Shown: in pieces, positions 36,195 to 48,069 of the stretch
How positions within the stretch are numbered: position 1 is the first letter of the stretch
How the letters are laid out: the number at the start of each line of letters is the position of its first letter
Assembly: GCF_004010195.1 (NCBI RefSeq)
Contig: NC_057760.1
Span: forward strand, 3,497,440 to 3,561,439
DNA from: Chiloscyllium plagiosum
Taxonomy: Eukaryota
Reading direction: 5' to 3'
Length of the DNA stretch: 64,000 nt
Notes under the pieces: generated by a model
Told to the model about the DNA's origin: nothing
What the model saw: only the letters and a program-made list of their open reading frames with translations
The model's database searches: none
Made by a program: the position numbers and the translations under genes

Positions 36195-37800
36195 ATGCTA
36201 ATATTACACCTTACACCATGAGTTTGTAATTTGTGTCTTATCCTTTGGTGTGGTACCTTATCAAATGCATTTTGGAAATCCAAGTACATCACATCTACAG
36301 GTTCCCATCTGCCCATGTTACTTGTTACCTTCTCAGAAAACTCTAATAAATTAGTGAAACATTATTTTCTTTCCCTGAAACCATGCTAACTTCACCCAGC
36401 TGCATTAAGATTTTCTAAGCGCCCTGCTACAACATCTGTAATAACAGATTCTAGCATTTTGGCGGTTTGGCTAATTGGCCTGCAGTTCCTTCTTTCTGTC
36501 TCCCTCCTTTTGAAAATACAGATACATTCATTCTTTTCCAATGTTGGAAATGTTGTAACTTCAGAAATAAATGAAATGACTATCACAGCTCCTTTTTGGT
36601 CCCCAGGATGAAGTCCATCGTGTCTTAGGGACCCTTCAGTGTTTCGTTCTAATAAGATTCTCAGTGCCCTTTCTCTGGTACATACAAATATGAAGTAGGA
36701 GGGGCAACACACTGTTTGGCTTTTGTTTCAAATGCTTTTAGTTCCTCCCTCTAAGCTCCTAACTTAAAGTATGTCTGGGACATTATTTATACCTTCTACA
36801 GTGAAAACGAACAAAGTATCTGTGCAGTGTATCCATCACATCCTTATTTCCCACTCTTAATTCCCCTTACACTTTGGAAGGATCAACACTCACTTTCAAT
36901 ACTATTTTCTCCTTTAAAAATCTGTAGAAACCCTTCTTTAGCAAGCCATCCTATATATCTCAATTTCTCATTTTTTCAGCCATTCTTTGCTGCTTTCTAT
37001 AGTCTGTCCAGTTTTCTGACCTACCACTAACAGAATTGTGTGCACCTTCTCTCCATTTAACATAGTCTTTAACTTCTTTGGTTAGTCACGAATGATATAT
37101 CCTTCTTCTTAAGGCTTTATTTTTCACTGGAATATATCTCTGGATGTTATGAAATATCTCTTTAAATGTCTGCCACTGTATTTCCCTTTACCTAATTTCC
37201 CAGTTCACTGTCGCTAGCTCTGTCTTCATACCCTTGTAATTGCCTTTAAGTTAAAAACACAAGTCATTGATACGCCTTTCGCTCCCTCAAACCAAATGTG
37301 AAATTAAATCACATTAAAAGCGCTGCTACCTAGGGCTCCTTTACCATGTGGTCCATTAATTAATCTTGTCTCAGTGAACATTCCCAGGCCCAGAACAGCA
37401 GCTCAGCTAAAATGTACTGCTCTAGGAAGTCAGCAAAAATAATGCGATAATCTAATCTTTCACTAATCTGGTTCAACCAACCCTTATGTAGTTTAAAACC
37501 ATCCATGATTATTGCTACCAATCTTACAAACCCCATTTATTTCTACCTGTATGCTCAATCATAATATAATTACTGTTTGGGAATTTATCAGCTACCCATG
37601 CAAGTTACTTCTGACCTCTACCCAAAACTTGACTTTACATCTTGATCTTTAGAACTAGATTATCTCTTAACTATTTTCCCAATGTCATCCTCACTTAACA
37701 GAACTCACCACACCTTTTCTTAGTCTTTAGTCCTTCCAAAGTTTGATGTACATTGAATATTCAGGTCACACCTTTGTCATCTGCATTTATCATTGCTGCC
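36195..37800 (-). mobile_element. Old CR1 LINE
   Basis: ORF 36392-36712 (RNCRPISQT..MLESVI) and further decayed motifs. Confidence 0.7.
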
Positions 37801-37812
37801 AATTTTTCTTAC

Positions 37813-37870
37813 CTCTCTCCTTGAGTATGGGCTGATGTGTCAGAATCCATTCAGTAGGTACATAAGGCAA
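37813..37870 (-). CDS. Predicted exon 3: LPYVPTEWILTHQPILKER
   Basis: Strong acceptor aacttttctccttacag, donor GAG|GTAAGA; the only open frame gives phases 0->1, bridging exon 2 and the giant exon. Confidence 0.6.
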
Positions 37871-38386
37871 CTGTAAGGAGAAAAGTTAACAAAAAGGTTA
37901 AACCTACACCAAAAACATTCTATTACACTGCATATGTCATGTGCATCAAAGCATAATTCATGTTTAGCACCAGAAGGACGATATTTTATGATGTCTCCAG
38001 AGTAATGCAACACTCCCAGCTTATTTCTCCAAACATACTTTACAAAGGTAGGCAACTGGCAACCTGTTCTTCAATCACTTCTCGTGTCCTCTTCCCAAAA
38101 GATGCCTGTTCCAGGTTTGTACGAAAACAGGGCCAGGAAGTTCTCTCTTCTACAGTTTCTCCTTGCTGCCAGGCAATGTTACCCAATCCAAAACTGCATA
38201 ACTGAGGTATTCCACCTTGAAGATTTCATACAGGTAAAGGCAATGGAAGACTAGCCCACGAGTCATTAATATGTATTTTACTGAAGCTCATTTTTGACCA
38301 TAAAATACAAGGGCAAAAGTATAGCATTTTATTCTGCCATTCAATGAGATCATGGCTGACCTGGTAATCCTACCTTTTCCCCATAC

Positions 38387-38466
38387 CCCTCAATCCCCTT
38401 AACGATTAAAAATCTTTAAATCTCAGCCCTCAATCCCCTTAACGATTAAAAATCTTTAAATCTCAG
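38387..38466. repeat. Perfect 40-bp tandem duplication
   Basis: ccctcaatccccttaacgattaaaaatctttaaatctcag x2, inside a CR1 3' fragment. Confidence 0.9.
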
Positions 38467-38522
38467 TCTTGAATATTCTTAATGACCCAGCCTTGACAGC
38501 CCTGTGTGGTAAAGAATTCACC

Positions 38523-38646
38523 ACAAGAAGGGCTTATGCCCGAAACATCGATTCTCCTGTTCCCTGGATGCTGCCTGACCTGCTGTGCTTTTCCAGCAAC
38601 ACATTTTCAGCTCTGATCTCCAGCATCTGCAGACCTCACTTTCTCC
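38523..38646 (+). mobile_element. Hammerhead-family mini-element, 5'-truncated
   Basis: TSD TGGTAAAGAATTC at 38507-38519 and 38647-38659. Confidence 0.85.
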
Positions 38647-38749
38647 TGGTAAAGAATTCCACAGAGTTACTCCCAATGGACAGAAGAAATTTCTCCTTAT
38701 TTCTGCCTTAAGTGGGTTAGTCCTTATTCTGAATATTAAATATTTTCAA

Positions 38750-39240
38750 ATAATTTGACAGAGAGACTTTTTATTGCAGTCTTATTACTGTCCTGTTTTG
38801 ACTCCGTCACCTTGATAACTTGTTATGATCTCTCTACCTTAATCAGTTGTACAGTTTTGGATTACTTGTTTAGACCCTCAGCGTGTAACTCTTATACCTA
38901 TCATGTTTTTACAGCCATTTGGTTTGTCTCCAGCACCACCATTTTTAATTTGTTTTTCTCATTATCTCTCTGCCTCAGTCAGATTATAGGTCATCCCCTC
39001 ACTTGCTATTCAGCTATTGATACTCTACTCACACCATCTGACACCATCTGCAGAGACTTATTATTCAGCTTGTTGACACCCCACTGACACCATTTGTATG
39101 ATCATTTGATTTGTCTACCTATAAATTCTGTGCCCTTGTGCTTCTCTTCACTTTACCTGACAAAGGAGCAGCGCTCCAAAAGCTTATGATTTCAAATAAA
39201 CCTGTTGGAGTGTCACCTGGTGTCATGTGGCTTCTGACCA
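38750..39240 (+). mobile_element. Penelope-like element 3' region/pseudo-LTR
   Basis: Ends cctgacaaaggagcagcgctccaaaagctt...aataaacctgttgga, a decayed hammerhead plus polyA signal. Confidence 0.6.
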
Positions 39241-39270
39241 ATTAAAGCTGATTAAGGGTTTCTAAACAAT

Positions 39271-39433
39271 CCTGAAGAAGGGCTTATGCCCGAAACATCG
39301 AGATTCCTGATGAAGGGCTTATGCCCGAATAGTCGATTCTCCTGTTCCCTGGATGCTGCCTGACCTGCTGCGCTTTTCCAGCAACACGTTTTTCAGCTCT
39401 GATCTCCAGCATCTGCAGACCTCACTTTCTCCT
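39271..39433 (+). mobile_element. Hammerhead-family mini-element with two tandem cores
   Basis: Cores at 39271-39300 and 39306-39336; AATCCTGAA duplicated at 39268-39276 and 39434-39442. Confidence 0.8.
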
Positions 39434-39758
39434 AATCCTGAAAGCCACTCAATCCTCCCTCTCTACAGCAGAAGGCCAGTCTGATGATCCTCAAACTTCA
39501 ACGTCCAGAGCTGCAGATCCACAGCATTACCCCTCCAGGTAAGCATTGTTTTACATGAGGCAAGAAACATTACAATATATTTTTTACACATGGTTTTGTG
39601 TCTATTTTAATGTTTTATATTTACCTTATGTGTATTTTCTGTACTTGTTTCTAACATAGAAATGTAACCAGAATATACACAGATACATGGATTTCGATGG
39701 GATTATGTGTTCTAAATAACTGTTTCACTTAATGCAGTGATTTTCAAGAATGTAACTA

Positions 39759-40285
39759 GAGTCATAAAGATGTACAGCAGACTCTTTGGTCCAAATTGAC
39801 CATGCCGGCCAGATATCCCAACCTAATCTAGTCTCATTTGCCTGCCCTTGGCCCATATCCCTCCAAACCCTTCCAATTCATATACCCATCCAAATGCTTT
39901 TTAAATGCTGTAATTGTACCAGCCTCCACCACATCCTCTGGTAGCTCATTCCATACACGCACCACCCTCTGCGTGAAAAAGTTGCCCCTTAGGTCTCTTT
40001 TATATCTTTCCCCTCTCACCCTAAACCTACGCCCTCTAGTTCTGGACTCCCCTCCCCAAGGAAAAGACTTTGTCTATTTATCCTAACCATGTCCCTCATG
40101 ATTTTACAAACCTCTATGAGATCGCCCCTCAGCCTCCGACGCTCCAGAAAAAACAGCACCAGCCTATTCAGCCTCTCCCTGTAGCTCAGATCCTCCAACC
40201 CTGGCAACATCCTTGTAAATCTTTTCTGAACCCTTTCAAGTCTCACAACATCCTTCAAATAGGAAAGAGACCAGAATTGCACCAG
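39759..40285 (-). mobile_element. HER1/CR1 LINE 3' end
   Basis: ORFs 39834-40019 and 40016-40369 (LERVQKRF...RRRLRGDLIEV, FFTQRVV). Confidence 0.9.
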
Positions 40286-40566
40286 AACCACCACATTAAT
40301 TAAAGACCACCTTTCTTTAACATCATTATATTTTTGATTATGTATCCAAAATGATACCTTTTCCAGCAATATGAATAATATTTATATTATGTTTGAATGA
40401 TCAAATCCATAGTTACAGTTTAGCATTTTTAGTTTAAAATTTCTTTACAAAGGCCAAGGTAATATGGTTAGTGTTATGAAGTTAGCTAACACTGCTACTG
40501 GATGAGTCAGATCCCAGAATGAAATGTGGCTCAATAGATTTATTTAACAATGGTGAACAGATGAGA

Positions 40567-40890
40567 TGCGGTGTGTGTCTCAGTGGTTAGCAGTGCCTCA
40601 CAGCACCAATGATCTGGGTTCAATACCAGCTTTGGGTGACTGTCTATATGGAGTTAGCATGTTCTCCCCGTGTTTGCATGGGTGTCCTCTGGGTATTCCA
40701 GTTACCTCCCATAGTCCAAAGATGTGCAGGTTAAGAGCATTGGCCATGCTAAATTGCTCCATTATGTCCAGAGATGTGAAGGCGAGAATTTATCATGCTT
40801 CATGTGGGGTTATGGAGATAGGAAGTGGGGTTGCTGCAGATAAGATGGGCTGAATGGGTTCTATCTACACTGTAGGGATTCTATAATTCT
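40567..40890 (+). mobile_element. HE1-type SINE, diverged
   Basis: Head, core and tail recognisable. Confidence 0.8.
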
Positions 40891-41376
40891 GAGACTGCAG
40901 ATTTTCTTTAAGTAATAAACTTCTGTTTTCTTGTTAAAATTTTAAAAACTAAATATAGAACAACATTGAAAGATCTTTAATTATAAACTATTCTCTAATA
41001 CTATCACTTGTTTTGATTTAAATGCTTCTCCACAGTTCTGTCCTGTGAACTTTGAAATTTTCTTTCATGAATATTCATGAAAGGGAAAGCTTTCATTTTA
41101 TCAAAGTGTGAAAATTTAACTTGTGAAACTTCCAAAGCAGAGGAGTTTGTCTGGAGTTTTACAGATTATTAAAACTTTTACACCAAACTGTGTTTTCCCT
41201 GCTCTGTTCTGTGCTCGTTTCTAGGGGAAAAACTATATTGTGTCCCCAGTGATATCTCCTCCAAAACTATTGTAGCAGCTTTCAATCTCTGGGATTTCTA
41301 ACCTAAAATCAATCTTTGATTATTTTAACACAATGCTTTCAATGTTTACATTTCCTCTCAAAAATCCCATAGTAAA

Positions 41377-41732
41377 CTATGAGGGGCATGGATAAGGTAA
41401 ATAGGCAAAGTCTTTTCTCTGGGGTCGGGGAGTCCAGAACTAGAGGGCATAGGTTTAGGATGAGAGGGGAAAAATATAAAAGAGAGAGCTACGGGGCAAC
41501 TTTTTCACACAGAGGGTGGTACGCGTACGGAATGAGTTGCCAGAGGATGTGGTGGAGGCTGGTACAATTACAACATTTAAGAGGCATTTGGATGGGTATA
41601 TGAATAGGAAGGGTTTGGGGGGATATGAGCCGGGTGCTGGCAGGTGGGACTAGATTGGGTTGGGATATCTGGTTGGCATAGACGGGTTGGACCAAAGGGT
41701 CTATTTCCATGCTGTACATCTCTCTGACTCTA
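41377..41732 (+). mobile_element. HER1/CR1 LINE 3' end
   Basis: ORF 41379-41603 and tail catctctctgactcta. Confidence 0.9.
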
Positions 41733-42159
41733 TAAACATTCCAGGGGAGTTGCAGTCTGCTCTCTGACACACATTGGATTAGATCACTGTTTCTCAAGGG
41801 AATCTCAGACATTTTTTTAAAAACACTTAGCAAAAATAACAAACACCAAAATGCTACTAATTTGAAATTAAACTGTAAAAATTATTTCTATATACATAAA
41901 TCATACACTTTTCATCACATCTATGCATATTAGCATTTCTTTGTGGTCCTGATGAACATAAACTTCTAAATGTTTGAGGGCCAGTAATAATCCCAGTTCC
42001 CTTTTCTACTGTCAAATGTTAGAAAAGTCACCTGCATCAATCACTATTTTAAAGGGTTTGGGGAAGTTAGGGGTGTCCTATACCAATTCATTTGTTCAGA
42101 TCGCATTTAGCTTTTCAAAAGCTGTTTAGCACTCTTGTCACTATATTATCCTTGTTTGT

Positions 42160-44040
42160 TTTATTAGCAAATGTGACTAGTTTAGTTTGGGAAATCTGGT
42201 TGGAATGGACAAGATGGACCGAAGTGTCTGTATCCATGCTATATAACTGTATGACCAACTTCCTGTATACAACCTGAACATGACATCCCAAATCAGCAAT
42301 TAAGATCAGCTAAACACCTTAACCACCTTGTCTATCTGTAATGCAACTTTCAAAGAACCACATACCACAACCCCTTGGTCTCTCTGTTCAACACCACCAC
42401 CCAGGGCCCTACTGTTAACAGTATAAATCCTGCCCTTGTTTGTTTTACCAAAATGCAATACATTGTATTTGTCCAAATTAAACTCCACCTGTCACCCCTC
42501 AGCCCATTGATTGAGATCCCCTCGTTATCTTAGATAACCACCTTCATTGTTCACGATGCCATCATTTTTGGCGTCATCCGCAACCTTTCTAACCATGCCT
42601 CCTAAATTCTCATTCAAAACGTTTATATAAATGACAAAGTAAACCCAGCGCCAATCCCTGTGGAACATTGCTGCTCACAGGCCTGCAGTCCCTCCCCCAC
42701 TACCCTCTGACTCCTCCTGTCAAGTCAATTTTGTATCCAACTGGCAAGCTCTATCTGAATCCCATGTGATCTAACTTTACTAATCAGTCTACCATGCAGA
42801 ACCTTGTCAAAGGCTTTACTAAAGTCCTTCGGCGCCTTACTCATGGCTGCGGATGATACAAACATCTCTGCTAGGGGGCCTGCAATTTCTTCCCTAATGT
42901 CCAAAAATGTCCTGGGATACCTTGATCAGGAGATCCACCTTTGTGCTTTTATGTCCTGGTTTCTGTATGCCAAGTCTGCCTTATATGCAACTCCCTATGA
43001 CACCAATAAGCACTTGTACACTAAGTTGAACAATTACGGATGATAAGAACCTAAGAAATAGGAGCAGCAGTAGGCCATTCTGCTTCTGTCATTCAAGATC
43101 ATGACTGCGCTGCCCCAGGCCTCATCTCGACCTCAACTCCTCTTTAAATACTTCCAGTGATCTATCCTTGACAACTCTTTGGGCTAGAGAATTCCAGACA
43201 TTCAGTATTCTCTCACTGAAGAAATTCCTTTACATCTATCTCCTTATTCTGTAACTATGTCCTTTAGTTTGAGATTGTCCCAACAATGGGGTTATCTTCT
43301 CAATGTCTACCCTGTCAAGCCCCTTCAAAATCTTGCATGTTTCATTAAGATCACCCCTCATTCATCGAAACTGTCATGAATGCAGACTTAACCTGTTTAA
43401 TCATTCTTGATAAGCCACTCCCTTCAACCCAGGAATTAGCCAATTAGCAATTTTAAATTGCTTCCAATTCCTGTATATACATTAAATATGGGGACCAAAA
43501 CTGTACATAATACACCAGGTGCAGCCCCAGCAACACCCCATCAAGACTTGCTAATTTCTAATTCCAACCCTCCAGTTATAAAAGTCAAAATTCTCTTTGC
43601 CTTCCTATTAATTGTTGCACCTGCGTGCTAATGTTTTGATTCCTGCACTTGTTGTGGTTTTTCTCTATTTAAACAATAGTTTGCCTTTTGATTCTTCCTA
43701 CCAAACTTCATGACCTCATATTTTCTGATATTAAACCTCAGCTGGCAGGTTATTACCTACTCACTGGACCTATCTACATCTCCTAGCTGATTCTTTATGT
43801 CCTCATCAAAATGTCTCTTCCCACCTACTTCTGTATCGTTAGCAAATTTGGATGTGTTAAACTTTGTCCCTCCTCCAAGTTATGAATGTGGATCATAAAT
43901 AACTGAGGCCCCATTATGGCAACCCATTTGCTACATCTTTCCAGTATGAAAGAGACTCATTCATCCCAACTTTGACTTATGTGTGTTAACCGATCTATCT
44001 GCATATTACATCTGATATTCATAAGCTACAAGCTTGTGCA
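42160..44040 (-). mobile_element. Cluster of CR1 LINE fragments (continues at 45460-46360)
   Basis: ORF 42306-42488 MEFNLDK..VLHFGKTN; ataagaacctaagaa tail at ~43045. Confidence 0.75.
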
Positions 44041-44229
44041 ACAACATTTTACAATAAGAGGTACAGATTTAAAAGAGTGATGAGGAGAAATTATCTCAAA
44101 GGTTCGTGAGGCTGTGGAATTCAACACCCCAGAGAGCAGTGGATTTTTAATTAGTAATGAGTACAGGGGGCTATGGATAGATACTTTTCCAAAATGGCTG
44201 CAAAGTTCCCCTTTATCAACTCTGCAAAA

Positions 44230-45345
44230 TGGCGCGGGGCTCATCCTCTCCAGTCTGCTTTCTTTCTTTTCACTTCTACTCTCGTTCCATTTTCTTTCTT
44301 TTCATTAAAGCCTGGAGAGCAGCGGGTGAAAGGTAGGCCTCCAGTGGCAGTGGCAGCAATGCCAGGACGAGTTGGATACAGCTCCACCCCCACCCTGGGG
44401 TCCCCCGGCGAGTGAGGAGTAGGTCCCGGGCTGACTTGCCAGGCTGGGACTCGTGGGCTGAGCCAAGGCTGCAGGTCCGCAGCTAGGCCTGAAAGAGTGG
44501 AAGTATTGGCGATAGGGATGAATGGTGGACTAATGGCAGCGTCCGGAGGAGTGTCAGATGGGGAGCAAGAGGTGGGGAACCCAAGCATCCCCAGGCCCCT
44601 GGCTCCACATCAGACACAGAGGTGGTGGGAGTGGTTGCAGGAGGCCTGTAATGGAGACCCTAGATCTGGCTTCAGAGACCTGGGAGTCTGTTTCAGAGAA
44701 CCTGGCCAATATCAAGCAGCAAGGAGGAACAAACATGTTGCATTGTGTTCAGTATTTCAAGATGGTGCTGAATCGTGGTGATACTATGTGTATATCATGC
44801 CAAACAAAAATACTTTTCACGGTCATAGTTGTGGGTATGTTCACCGAGCTGGGAAGTTGATTTGCAGACATATTGTCTCCTGTCTCGGTGACATGTACAG
44901 GGCGTTGGAGCCTCCTGTGAGGTACTGCTGTACTGTCTCTTCTGGAATTCGGTTCTGTTCCTGCTGCCTCTGATATTTTGTTGTACTGGCCGGTAAATTG
45001 AGACGAGAAGCATGGCACTCATCCACGGACTCCATCAACAAACACATTGACCGAGATCCAATATACCAGCCACGACAGTGAACTACCAGCACCAGCAACC
45101 AGAAGTAGCAGGAACAGAACCAAATATATTCCAAAAGAGACAGTACAACAGCACCTCACAGGAGGCTCCAAAGTACTGAAGATGTCACCGAGACAGGGGA
45201 CAAAATGTCTGCAAATCAACTTTCCAACTCGGTGAACATACCCACAACTATGGCAATCGGCACCCAAGCTACAAATCTTTACATAAACCATGAACTTGTC
45301 ACCGTATTATGTACACGTGACAATAAATCTGAATCTAATCTAATA
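44230..45345 (+). mobile_element. GC-rich non-autonomous element with Rex-type tail, split by a Penelope palindrome
   Basis: Tail ...tacttttcac|insert|tcaccgtattatgtacacgtgacaataaatctgaatctaatc resembles 36150-36192. Confidence 0.5.
44821..45296. mobile_element. Penelope-like element 3' end with inverted pseudo-LTR
   Basis: Arms 44824-44972 and 45098-45251; spacer encodes EAWHSSTDSINKHIDRDPIYQP (GIY-YIG-type C-terminus); decayed core ctgaagat...gacaaaatgtc. Confidence 0.8.
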
Positions 45346-46371
45346 ATGAACAGGAAAGTGAAGTTGAGGCCGAGATGAGATCAGCCTCTATCATATCAAA
45401 TGTCGAAGCAGATTTGAAGGGCTGAATGACCTCCATCTGCTGCTAGTTCTTATGTGGCACCTTATTGAATGCCTTCTGGAAATCCAAATACACTGTTTCT
45501 ACTGCTTCCCCTTTATCAACTCTGCTTGTTATAGCTTCAAAAGATACCTTGCAATTTTGACATAAACAAATTCTACATCGTTTTATGGAAGGGAAATAGT
45601 GTAATTACATTAAGCTGTTCTAAATGTGCTGCTGTTTATTCTTTAATAAAGGACTCCCGCATTTTCCAGCAACTATGGTAGGCTAACTGGCTTACGTATT
45701 CTTCCTTTCTGTTTCACTCCCTCTTGAAGATGGTGTTATACTAGCAGAATCCATGACTACGTTCCCAGGGTCCATTGGGTACTGGAATATTTTGACCAAT
45801 ACGTCATTCAGCTACTTCCTTTAAATCTCCTGGATGCAGGCCGTCATTTTTTGATGACCTGTCTGCCTTTAGTCTCATTCGTTGGTCAAATACTCGGTCC
45901 CTCACAAGGCCGTTACAAGAACTAAACTCCCATTTGTACTTTAATCATGTCATCTTTGGGATGTTTATGATCTCCACTGTGAAGGTCTATGCAAAATATT
46001 GGAATGATTTATCTGCCATTTCCCTGTTGCCAGTTATTAAATCCCCACACTTAATTTAGCTACACTTTTTATATACCAGTGGACAATCTTGCCTTTTGTT
46101 TATATGTTTCTTGCAAGTTTTCTTTTGCAATTAGTTTTCTCCTTCTTCATTAACTTTTTAATCATCTGCTGCTGGTTCTGAAAGAACTCCCAATACTCTG
46201 GCCTACCAGTAGTTTTTGCTACTATATATGCCTTAGTTTCTGAATGGATTCATAGCTTGACTGCTTTTTTTAAACTATAGGTGGTTCATTCATCTCCCCG
46301 AGTCCTTCTTTTTCACTGGAATAAATTTTTGCTAAGCATTATGAAGTATCTACAGTATTTGTCATGTCGGA

Positions 46372-46715
46372 GATGATGGTCTGGTGGTAATGTCACTGGA
46401 CAAGTATCCAGAAACGATGGCTATTGCTCGAGGAACATGTTCTAGTGAACATGGTTTTAAATTCCACCCAGCTGGTGGAACTGAAATACAGTTAATAAAT
46501 CTAGAACACCAGGATAATATCAATAATGGTGACCACGACAACTATCGATTGCTGTAAAAACCCACCTAATTCACTCATATCCGATCGGCAAGGAAGTTTG
46601 CTGTTATTGCCTACAAGTGACTCCAGGCTCTCAGAAATGGCTGAGCAAGCCACTCAATTCAAGGATAATTCGAGATGGCAACAATTGCTGATTTTGCCAG
46701 TAACATCCAGATCGT
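46372..46715 (+). mobile_element. Second tRNA-headed SINE family
   Basis: gtggtaatgtcactggac...ttaaattccacc head; related copies at 23765, 51635 and 61518. Confidence 0.65.
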
Positions 46716-46799
46716 CTAAAAATCATAGTGGAAGCTCCCACTAGATGGAGCTTCAACCCAAACCACAAGTTCAGAGGTCCAGTTTTTTTAAACTACATT

Positions 46800-46882
46800 A
46801 AACATCACACAACACCGGGTTACAGTCCAAGAGGTTTATTTGGAAGTACAAGCTTTCAGAGCATTTCTCCTTCATCAGGTAG
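46800..46882 (-). mobile_element. Penelope-like 3' fragment with hammerhead core
   Basis: Reverse strand CCTGATGAAGGAGAAATGCTCTGAAAGCT...aataaacc. Confidence 0.65.
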
Positions 46883-47275
46883 TTACTGGCCACTAGATTA
46901 TTCTGCTTCCACCCAAATGTGTTGTGACCTTCTTGGGGAGCTTGGTTAGATTCCTCAATGTCCTCTTGCACTTGTTTGACACTTTCACAAGTTCTCTCTG
47001 ATCTTTTATTCTTTCTGTGTGTTGTTTGGTGGCTTGGTGTATCTAGCTCATAATTAATCATGGACTCTAAATGTGCAAACGATTTTGAATCTATTACATT
47101 TTTGTGTGAACAAATGCAGCCTCTAAGAATCATTCAATACCGAAGAGGCCCGTTAGTCCATTGCGTGTACATAGAACATAGAACAATACAGTCCACAATG
47201 TTGTGCCGAGTGTGAACAAATGCAGCCTCTAAGAATCATTCAATACCGAAGAGGCCCGTTAGTCCATTGCGTGTA

Positions 47276-47620
47276 CATAGAACATAGAACAATAGAACAA
47301 TACAGCCCACCAAGTTGTGCCGAACATTTGTCCTAGCTTAAGCACCCATCCATGTACCTATCCAATTGCCGCTTAAAGGTCACCAAAGATTCTGACTCTA
47401 CCACTCCCACAGGCAGCGCATTCCATGCCCCCACCACTCTCTGGGTAAAGAACCCACCCCTGACATCTCCCCTATACCTTCCACCCTTCACCTTAAATTT
47501 ATGTCCCCTTGTAACACTCTGTTGTACCCGGGGAAAAAGTTTCTGACTGTCTACTCTATCTATTCCTCTGATCATCTTATAAACCTCTATCAAGTCACCC
47601 CTCATCCTTCGCCGTTCCAA
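47276..47620 (-). mobile_element. Young CR1 LINE 3' end
   Basis: ORF 47333-47620; (catagaa)n tail. Confidence 0.9.
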
Positions 47621-47767
47621 CTGCCAAAAATATCCCAGTACTTATACGAGTCCCACTTCCCCACATTAGGACTGCAGCCTTAAAGGCTGATATTTTAAAT
47701 ACTCATTGTGCGGTTTTCCACCTTAGCTGACCTCCCAGGAAATGCATTCCAGCTTTAGGGCTACCTT

Positions 47768-48065
47768 GGGTGACACAGTAGCTCAGTGGTTAGCACTGCT
47801 GCCTCACAGCACCAGGGTCCCAGGTTTGATTCAGGCCTCGGGCGACTGCCTGGGTGGAGTTTGCACATTCTCCCCGTGTCTGTGTGGGTTTCCTCCGGGT
47901 GCTCCGGTTTCCTCCCACAGTCACAAAGATGTGCAAGTCAGGTGGATTGGCCATGCTAAATTGCCTGTAGTGTTAGGGATAAATGGGTCCAAATGGGTTA
48001 CTCTTCAGAGGACCGGTTGGGCCGAAGGGCCTGTTTCCATAGTGTAGGGAATCTAATCTAATCTA
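47768..48065 (+). mobile_element. HE1-type SINE
   Basis: Head, core and (aatct)n tail. Confidence 0.9.
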
Positions 48066-48069
48066 TCCC

